From: an uncultured Chloroflexia bacterium
GTDB lineage: Bacteria; Chloroflexota; Limnocylindria; Limnocylindrales; CSP1-4
Length of the DNA stretch: 64,000 nucleotides
Direction of reading: 5' to 3'
Assembly: GCA_963720755.1 (NCBI GenBank)
Contig: CAVRGP010000011.1
Span: forward strand, 480,001-544,000
Shown: piece after piece, positions 10,473 to 16,855 of the stretch
Layout: each line of letters opens with the position of its first letter
How positions within the stretch are numbered: the first letter of the stretch is position 1
Program-made: the position numbers and the translations under genes
The notes under the pieces: generated by a model
Seen by the model: the letters and a program-made list of their open reading frames with translations, nothing else
The model's database searches: none
What the model was told of the DNA's origin: nothing

Positions 10473-10508
10473 TCATGCCGGGCATCGAAAGTAGAAGGTG
10501 TGGCTCAT
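10473..10508 (-). CDS. Putative attenuator leader peptide MSHTFYFRCPA
   Basis: GGAG RBS, ATG, consecutive TTC TAC TTT codons, then TGA; lies upstream of the terminator of an aromatic biosynthesis operon. Confidence 0.75.
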   Translation of the reverse strand: MSHTFYFRCPA

Positions 10509-10521
10509 GTCTGTGCTCCGG

Positions 10522-10550
10522 ACGGTATCGATTGGCGCCCTCGATGTCAA
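10522..10550 (-). promoter_or_regulatory. Sigma70-type promoter of the aro operon
   Basis: TTGACA-17 bp-TACCGT. Confidence 0.75.
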
Positions 10551-11131
10551 CGCGCGGCCCCGTTCGCGCCGGCCGCGAGAGCCTGCGTGACGATCGCCTC
10601 CACGACCTCGCCCTTCGCATCGGCGTAGTCCTGCACGAATGTCCAGTGACGGGCAGCCAGCTCGCGCTTCGTTCGAAGGTACCGGTCCCGGTCGTCGTCG
10701 TGGTTCCTGAGCCAATCGCGGAACGCAAGCATCCGGTCGATCTCGGGCGAGTCGGCGCTGAACACATGCAGGTTGAGGTCGGCGTCCGGCCCCTTGAACA
10801 CCCGGTGTTCGTGCCAGTCGGGTTCGCGGATCCGGAGCACGTACCCGGCCGCCTCCATCGGGGGGACATAGGCGGGCTCATCGGCCGAGTCGGCCACGCC
10901 GAGGACGATATCCACGATCGGCTTGGCGGGGAGACCCGGCACCGACGTCGACCCGACGTGCTCGAGCCGCAGGACCCGCTGGCCAAGTGCGCTCCGAACG
11001 CGCGCCGCTTCGCGTCCATAAAGCCTGGGCCACGACGGATCGTAGTCGGCGAGCAGGATCGGTCCGTCGATCCGCAGCCGCGGGCCGATCGTGACGGCTC
11101 GCATGTAGTCGTCACGACCCGTCGGCATCAC
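10547..11131 (-). CDS. GrpB (UPF0157) family protein
   Basis: YDPSWP, EHVGSTSVPGLPAKPIVDI, NLHVF, FRDWLR and YADAK motifs. Confidence 0.9.
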   Translation of the reverse strand: MMPTGRDDYMRAVTIGPRLRIDGPILLADYDPSWPRLYGREAARVRSALGQRVLRLEHVGSTSVPGLPAKPIVDIVLGVADSADEPAYVPPMEAAGYVLRIREPDWHEHRVFKGPDADLNLHVFSADSPEIDRMLAFRDWLRNHDDDRDRYLRTKRELAARHWTFVQDYADAKGEVVEAIVTQALAAGANGAAR

Positions 11132-11608
11132 CTACTCGAACGCGTCGAGCTGGGTCTCCGCCTGGAACAGGTTGATGCCGCTGTCGATCAGATCGACGAT
11201 GCGCTGGAGCTTCGACTCCTCCTCGGTCTGCTCCTCGATGAACCATTGCAGGAACTGCAGACCCCGATGGTCGCCCTGGGCGGTAGCGACGCTCGCCGCG
11301 CGATCGAACTGCCCGGTCACCGAGCGCTCCGACTCCAGGGCCCGACGCGCCGCCGCCGATGGCGACTCGAACCGGGTCGAGGTCGCCTTGAGCGCCGGCA
11401 GGTCGAACTCGACGTCGTTGTCGACGAGGAAGTCGATGATCCTCTGGGCGTGCTGGGCCTCCTCGACCGACTGCCCCCGGAACAGCTTGCCCCAGCCGTC
11501 GAGGCTCTGGCGCTCGAAGTAGATGGCGATCGCGAGGTAGAGCTGGTGGGCGGCAAGCTCGTTGCCGACCTGGGCGATCAGGAGCTTGCGGAGATCGGCG
11601 CTGAGCAT
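11132..11608 (-). CDS. Ferritin (non-heme)
   Basis: NELAAHQLY, EEAQHA and FLQWFIEEQTEEE ferroxidase residues; AAGGAG RBS before MLSADL. Confidence 0.9.
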   Translation of the reverse strand: MLSADLRKLLIAQVGNELAAHQLYLAIAIYFERQSLDGWGKLFRGQSVEEAQHAQRIIDFLVDNDVEFDLPALKATSTRFESPSAAARRALESERSVTGQFDRAASVATAQGDHRGLQFLQWFIEEQTEEESKLQRIVDLIDSGINLFQAETQLDAFE

Positions 11609-11688
11609 GTCGGCTCCTTCGGGTTCGGCGGGACTGGTGGGCCGGGGTGGCAGAGCCTCCATGATAGGATTCCGGCCGCTGTCGCGAC

Positions 11689-11780
11689 GGAGAGGTCGCA
11701 TAGAGGTCTAGTGCAGCGGTTTGCTAAACCGCCATGTGGGGTAACCTGCATCGAGGGTTCGAATCCCTCCCTCTCCGCCA
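11689..11780 (+). tRNA. tRNA-Ser(GCT)
   Basis: GGAGAGG/CCTCTCC acceptor stem, GCGGT-TTGCTAA-ACCGC anticodon arm, long variable arm, CCA end. Confidence 0.95.
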
Positions 11781-11849
11781 TATTCACGCTCAGATCGAGC
11801 CCTGACGGCCCTCCTTCGGGATCCCCGCGTCGTCGTCCGGCGGACCACT

Positions 11850-11865
11850 TGACGCCCAATCTGAC
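11850..11865 (+). repeat. Putative integrase arm-type site, left (TGACGCCCAATCTGAC)
   Basis: Identical 16-mer at 13920-13935; tandem TGAC units with 12-bp period. Confidence 0.6.
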
Positions 11866-11977
11866 CACCAATAGGCCGTCGCGCCGCATCGCGGGCAGTC
11901 GGCCCGTGGCGACTCTGGCCGGGGGACGAGGGCCATATCGAGGCGGCGCTCCTGTCGATCCCGGGAGCGCGTCTGAC

Positions 11978-12306
11978 GTGAAGCCGATCCTCGTCGTCCG
12001 GATCCCCGAGGTCGGCGAGGTCCGGTGGATCCGGTCGGCTGTCGGACCTTCCGTCCGGCTCCGGGATCGGCGAACCGGACCTTCGCGTCGATCCGGGCGA
12101 TCGAACGGGCGATGATCGACCGCTGCCGACGGGAAGCCTCCCCGAAGGAGCAGATCGAGGCCCTCCTCGCCGCGTTCCCGGGCTCGTCCGTCGGGGTCCT
12201 GACCGACGACTTCTCCGAAGCTCCGAAGCCGACGTATGCCGGCCGCTGGCAGAGCCGATGGGGCGCCACGCGCCGGCGAGTCCCTACGAGCCGATGGCGC
12301 GGGTGA
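11978..12306 (+). pseudogene. Probable degraded or frameshifted phage/plasmid-type small gene
   Basis: GTG-KPILVVRIPEVGEVRWI in one frame appears to continue as ...IERAMIDRCRREASPKEQIEALLAAFPG...EAPKPTYAGRWQSRWG in another. Confidence 0.3.
12214..12282 (+). repeat. Direct repeat copy 1 flanking the membrane-protein cassette
   Basis: TCCGAAGCTCCGAAGCCGACGTATGCCGGCCGCTGGCAGAGCCGATGGGGCG...CCACGCGCCGGCGAGTC. Confidence 0.9.
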
Positions 12307-12694
12307 CGCCGTAGCCGATCAGAGCCACCATCAGGAGCAGCGCGCCGAGGAGCGGGATCATCACCATCAGGATGGTCGAATTCAGGACGTCTCGATCGAG
12401 CCGTTCGATCTCTTCACTGTCCGCACCCGCCGCCGCTCGTCGAGCGCGCGCACGAGTCCGCCAGACGGCCGCAATGACAATGGCGACGACGAACACGAGG
12501 GCGGGAATGTTCACGAGCGGGTTCGAGCCCACATTCGTGGCCAGTGAGATTACAGCGAAGCCCCCACCAATGATGATCGGAGCCGCCATCAGTGCCGCCA
12601 GTCGCTGGTCGCCGCGCATGACACCAACGAACCCTACGATAAACAACGCCATCGATACGACGACGATGGGGACGAAGAGATCCTTGCCGTCCAT
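12284..12694 (-). CDS. Hypothetical membrane protein (about 4 TM)
   Basis: 136-aa hydrophobic ORF with visibly more AT-rich codons; candidate own promoter TTGTCT-17-CACACT 7 nt before the ATG. Confidence 0.7.
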   Translation of the reverse strand: MDGKDLFVPIVVVSMALFIVGFVGVMRGDQRLAALMAAPIIIGGGFAVISLATNVGSNPLVNIPALVFVVAIVIAAVWRTRARARRAAAGADSEEIERLDRDVLNSTILMVMIPLLGALLLMVALIGYGVTRAIGS

Positions 12695-12739
12695 GGTCGG
12701 CAGTGTGCCCTCGCGGACGTCAAGAGACAAGGTCGGTCG

Positions 12740-12823
12740 TCCGAAGCTCCGAAGCCGACGTATGACGGCCGCTGGCAGAGCCGATGGGGCGGGCAGCTAC
12801 CAAGCGCCACGCGCCGGTGAGTC
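12740..12823 (+). repeat. Direct repeat copy 2 (15-nt insertion, 2 substitutions)
   Basis: Matches 12214-12282 with an extra GGCAGCTACCAAGCG. Confidence 0.9.
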
Positions 12824-12978
12824 GCAGCTAACCGGGGCCCTGTAGGCTGTCAGGGGCGATCCTCGCCGGACGGACCGGCGGGCGTCAGGAGGGAGTCGAT
12901 CCGGTCGACCCGACGGGCCTCATCACGGCCCTGATCGGCGTCGTCGACCGGGCCTTCGGGCGGCGACAGCGGATCCGC

Positions 12979-13278
12979 ATGCGCGCCGACACGGCGGAGC
13001 GGATGCTCGCGTCGTTCTACCCGTACGACGACGCCTCGACGCTGATCACCCGCTACGGGCTGATCCTCGTCTACAACGGCGGCCCGGGGCGGGTGACGAT
13101 CAATGAGGCCGGGTGGGAGGCGAAGGATGGGAGCCGTGTCGAGGCGTTCGTCCGACACGAGAGGACGATCGAACCGGGGAGCCCGGAGTTCGAGGCGACC
13201 GGCGACGCGACGGCGATCGTGAAGGCGCACGACGAACACGGCGGGCTCGTCCGTATGTACGTCCCTCCTCGCGGGTGA
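12979..13278 (+). CDS. Hypothetical protein (islet cargo, possibly a fragment)
   Basis: 99 aa with protein-like composition and GC-rich third positions; family not recognised. Confidence 0.5.
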   Translation: MRADTAERMLASFYPYDDASTLITRYGLILVYNGGPGRVTINEAGWEAKDGSRVEAFVRHERTIEPGSPEFEATGDATAIVKAHDEHGGLVRMYVPPRG

Positions 13279-13366
13279 CGAGAAGCCGCGCCGTCGAGAT
13301 CTCCCGGGCGACTGGATCGAGAAGGTCCGGGCCCTAGCCGAGAAGGACCGCCGACGGCGACGGTAG

Positions 13367-13882
13367 CTAGTCGTCGAGTTCCTTCATCGCCTCGTCGGGC
13401 GTGCCGATCGACAGGCGGACCCCGAAGCTCCCGCGATCGCCTCCGCCTCGATCCCACCCGCCGCTGACACTCGCCCGACAGGCCGCGACCTTCCCGTCCG
13501 CCGCAAGCCGGTCGATCACCGGCCGGTAGGCGACGGCGTTCTCCCGGGACAGGTAGCCGATCGTCGCGCCGTCACCGTTCGGTGCGACAAGGAGGACTCG
13601 GACGGCGTTCACGTCATAGGGGTTCGACGGCTCTAGTAGGAGGATCGCCGTGTGATCTCGGATCTTCGGCCCGTCGATCGTGCGCCCTCCCGCGAGCCGC
13701 TCGAGGGAGCCCTGATAGTGCGACTCGCCGACGACGTCGACCATCTTCGGGGTCGGTTCGAACAGGACCGCCGGGAGGCTAGTCGAGAAGCTCGCCGAGC
13801 TATCCGGCCATGACGTGATCGGGCCGGGCGGAGGCCACGACACTTGCGGAGTTCCACCGAGAAGTCGCTTCAGGAAGCCCAT
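13367..13882 (-). CDS. HIRAN-domain protein
   Basis: VVGESHYQ, LLLEPSNPYDVNAVRV and IGYLSRE motifs; GGAGG RBS. Confidence 0.8.
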   Translation of the reverse strand: MGFLKRLLGGTPQVSWPPPGPITSWPDSSASFSTSLPAVLFEPTPKMVDVVGESHYQGSLERLAGGRTIDGPKIRDHTAILLLEPSNPYDVNAVRVLLVAPNGDGATIGYLSRENAVAYRPVIDRLAADGKVAACRASVSGGWDRGGGDRGSFGVRLSIGTPDEAMKELDD

Positions 13883-13919
13883 GCCGCCCCTCCGTGCCCA
13901 TGAGCGAGAGCGTCCGCCC

Positions 13920-13935
13920 TGACGCCCAATCTGAC
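13920..13935 (+). repeat. Putative integrase arm-type site, right
   Basis: TGACGCCCAATCTGAC(GCCC), about 127 bp before the attR core. Confidence 0.6.
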
Positions 13936-14046
13936 GCCCGAACCGGCGAACGTCAACGGACAGGAGCGGACGGATAGCGGCCCGGAAGCCCGTCGATTAC
14001 ACTCCGGCGGACGTTGGAGGACGCGGAAAGACGGGCGGTAGCCGAG

Positions 14047-14106
14047 TTGCTAAACCGCCATGTGGGGTAACCTGCATCGAGGGTTCGAATCCCTCCCTCT
14101 CCGCCA
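14047..14106 (+). repeat. attR: duplicated 3' half of tRNA-Ser(GCT)
   Basis: Identical to 11721-11780; lacks the 5' half of the tRNA. Confidence 0.9.
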
Positions 14107-14123
14107 GTCCTCGTCGGCATCGT

Positions 14124-14199
14124 GCGCCCGTAGCTCAGTGGATAGAGCGTTAGGTTGCGGACCTAAAGGTCGTGGGTTCGAGTCCCGCCGGGCGCGCCA
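14124..14199 (+). tRNA. tRNA-Arg(GCG)
   Basis: GCGCCCG/CGGGCGC acceptor stem, TTAGG-TTGCGGA-CCTAA anticodon arm, A20 in the D loop, CCA end. Confidence 0.93.
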
Positions 14200-14247
14200 A
14201 GACCGCAACGTCGCCGCCGCCTGACCCACGCCGGCTACACTTCCGCC

Positions 14248-15114
14248 GTGCGGACGTTGACGACGCTGCTCGACGTACCGATCCGGTTCGATGTGGGCGA
14301 CAGCGTGACCCATGCACCGATGGTCGATGCGCGGGTCGCCGGGCAAAGCACCCGGATGATCCTCGATACCGGTTCGACCGATCACGTGTTGACGATCGAC
14401 CTCGTTCGTGCCGCGGGTCTCCCGCACCGCCCCGACGTACCCGGCACGGACCACGCTGGCGCCCAGGTGGATTCATGGTTCGTCGGTGACACCGGCGCCG
14501 AGATCGACGGGACCGGGCTCGCGCTCCACGACGTCGTCGCGATCACCGGGCCGGAACCGTTCGCGGGATGGGGCGTGGGAGGGTTCCTGAGCCCGCAGCA
14601 CCTCCATCCGACTGCACATGCGGTGATCGATCTCGTCGAGGACCGGCTGGTCCTCATCGACGGAACGGAGGCCGATCTCGTTGCGTGGCTCCGAACACGT
14701 ATGCCGGACCAGGACGTCCTCGAGCTCGAGCGCGATCCCGGCGAGGGGACGCCCGTGGTCCCGGCGGCGATCGAGCCGTTTGCGCCCGTCGCCGCCATGC
14801 TCAATACCGGTGGCCGCGGGACCGAGTTCGCGGCCGCTGCCGTCCCGGGTCTGGTCGGCTCACCGTCGGCCGATGCGGGCAAAGGCGTCGGCGGCGCTCC
14901 AGTGCTCGGTACCGTCGTCGAAGACCGCGTCCTCCGCGTGGGTGGGGCGCGACTGCCTGTCGGCACGCTCCTTATCCGGGACGAGATCGACACGATGCTG
15001 GGGCTGATCGGGATGGACGTCCTCCGCGGCACCGTGCTCGTCGTCGGCGCGGACCGATCTCGCCCGGTCCGGTGGTCGGTGCCCTCAGACCGTCTATCGG
15101 ACGGCGGCACCTGA
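14248..15114 (+). CDS. Two-domain retropepsin-like aspartic protease family protein
   Basis: MILDTGS...GGFLS and AMLNTGG...GLIGMDVL; TACACT -10 box 6 nt before the GTG. Confidence 0.8.
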   Translation: MRTLTTLLDVPIRFDVGDSVTHAPMVDARVAGQSTRMILDTGSTDHVLTIDLVRAAGLPHRPDVPGTDHAGAQVDSWFVGDTGAEIDGTGLALHDVVAITGPEPFAGWGVGGFLSPQHLHPTAHAVIDLVEDRLVLIDGTEADLVAWLRTRMPDQDVLELERDPGEGTPVVPAAIEPFAPVAAMLNTGGRGTEFAAAAVPGLVGSPSADAGKGVGGAPVLGTVVEDRVLRVGGARLPVGTLLIRDEIDTMLGLIGMDVLRGTVLVVGADRSRPVRWSVPSDRLSDGGT

Positions 15115-15209
15115 CCGGCGACTGACGAACCAGTCCAGTGGGTCATATGCTGTCGTCGCCGCGAGTGCGGCACGCGCCGGGCGCGCCAACATTGGATGTC
15201 CGAGATCGA

Positions 15210-15532
15210 ATGGTCGACTCTGCACAGGATCTTCGAGCACGGGCGATCGCCGTTCCCTCGGTCTGGATGGTGGCCGTCTTCTCGATCGCCGAGCTGGCCG
15301 ACCCGCTGACCGCCCAGGCGACGGCCCTTGAGTTGAACCCATCGCGGCCCACCTCGTGGCCAGGCCGATCCTCGGACTCGCCCTCAAACTGGCACTCGTG
15401 GCGTTCGTCGTCGCCGTCGCCGACATCTGCGATCGGCAGCGGCCGGGTCTCGCCAGAGTGGTCCTCGGCGCCGGTGCGGTCGCCGGGATCTTCGGGGCGT
15501 TGACCAACGCGTTCGGCGCTCCGTTCAGTTGA
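15210..15532 (+). pseudogene. Frameshifted small membrane protein (DUF5658-like)
   Basis: ...ADPLT...ELNP then a frame change near 15340 gives IAAHLVARPILGLALKLALVAFVV...GALTN. Confidence 0.5.
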
Positions 15533-15693
15533 TCCCGCTCGACATCCGATCGAGACACGTCGCCGCCGGTGCGCCTTGAGACGATGGCCGAGGCGCCCCG
15601 CCGGCTCTGATCGGGTGCCGGCGCGGGTCGAGCGACCAGCCGAAGGGCTGGTTTGCTAGGCTGCCTCGACCGACCGATGCAGGGGGTGATCGA

Positions 15694-16761
15694 GTGCAGC
15701 TTCATCCGCACGATCGACGGGTCGTGGTCCGCGGGGACCCGTTCAACGCCGAGGCACCGTTCGAGGCGCTGGATTCGTTCATCACCCCGATCGATGACTT
15801 CTACGTCCGCAGCAACTTCCCGGTGCCACCGATCGAACCCGGTACCTGGGAGCTCACGGTCGACGGCCGCGTCGCGCGGTCGCTGCGGTTCTCGCTCGAC
15901 GATCTCGAGGCTCGCACCCAACGGACGGTCGCGTGCACGTTGGAGTGTGCCGGCAACAACCGGACGCGCCTGGCCCCGATCCCAGAGGGTGAACCGTGGG
16001 GCCTCGGGGCCATCTCGACCGGGACCTTCACCGGCGTGAGCCTGGCCGAACTGCTCGACGAAGCCGGGGTCGACCCCGAGGCCGTGGAAGTGCGCTTCGA
16101 GGGCGCCGACCGTGGCACGCCCCGCGGCCAGATCCCGGAGATCTCGTTCGAGCGCTCATTGCCGATCGATATCGCGCGCCGCGACGACATCCTGCTCGTC
16201 CTTGGCATGAACGATGCCCCCCTCACCCCGGACCACGGCGCGCCGGTCCGTCTCCTCGTCCCGGGCTGGTATGGGATGGCCTCGGTCAAATGGTTGCGCC
16301 GGATCGAGGTTCTCGGCCACGCCCTGGAGGCACATTTCCAGACGCGCCAGTATCGGTTCCACGAATTGACCGGATCCACTGACGACCAGCCGGCTCCCCC
16401 GGTCACGGCGATCCGAGTCAATTCGATGATCACGAACATCGGATCGGGCGGATCGCTCCTCCCCGGCGGCCACGAGATCCTTGGAGTCGCCTGGTCGGGC
16501 GACGCCCCCATCGCCGCGGTCGAGGTGAGTGCGGACGCCGGCCCATGGACGCCCGCGACCCTGATCGGCGAGGCTGTGCCGTTCGTCTGGCGTCAGTGGC
16601 GGTTCGACTGGGCGGGTGCGCCGGTCGGACGGCATTCCCTTCGGACTCGAGCGACGGCCGCCGACGGATCGATCCAGCCCGATCGACCCGACTGGAACCG
16701 TCTCGGATATGGCAACAACGCCGTCGCCGTGACCCTTGTCGAGATCGTGGCAGAGGTCTGA
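15694..16761 (+). CDS. Sulfite oxidase-family molybdopterin oxidoreductase
   Basis: FYVRSNF, LECAGN, GAD, HGAPVRLLVPGWYGMASVKWL and WNRLGYGNN motifs. Confidence 0.9.
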   Translation: MQLHPHDRRVVVRGDPFNAEAPFEALDSFITPIDDFYVRSNFPVPPIEPGTWELTVDGRVARSLRFSLDDLEARTQRTVACTLECAGNNRTRLAPIPEGEPWGLGAISTGTFTGVSLAELLDEAGVDPEAVEVRFEGADRGTPRGQIPEISFERSLPIDIARRDDILLVLGMNDAPLTPDHGAPVRLLVPGWYGMASVKWLRRIEVLGHALEAHFQTRQYRFHELTGSTDDQPAPPVTAIRVNSMITNIGSGGSLLPGGHEILGVAWSGDAPIAAVEVSADAGPWTPATLIGEAVPFVWRQWRFDWAGAPVGRHSLRTRATAADGSIQPDRPDWNRLGYGNNAVAVTLVEIVAEV

Positions 16762-16855
16762 CCGAGCGAGGGCGACGGGCTCGTCCTGCTACGCTTGTCG
16801 GGACGCCGGAGCCCGGCAAAAGGGGCTCTTGTCGCTCCCACCAACGAGGTCTGCT

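Larger units (their letters stand above)
11721..14106. mobile_element. Integrase-less genomic islet (~2.3 kb) integrated in tRNA-Ser(GCT)
   Basis: Perfect 60-bp direct repeat of the tRNA 3' half (11721-11780 and 14047-14106) starting at the anticodon loop; internal arm-like repeats; orphan cargo genes. Confidence 0.85.

Noticed and set aside
12214-12823. Repeat pair as DGR TR/VR, CRISPR or integron attC
   Set aside because: Only two copies; differences are not adenine-specific; no RT, cas or intI gene; no attC-type palindrome.
14047-14106. Second functional tRNA-Ser(GCT)
   Set aside because: It lacks the 5' acceptor strand, D arm and 5' anticodon stem; it is the att duplication.
16800-16842. 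Hairpin GAGCCC-GGCAAAAG-GGGCTC upstream of the YbaY-like gene as a riboswitch
   Set aside because: Too short and lacks the conserved elements of riboswitch classes I can recognise.
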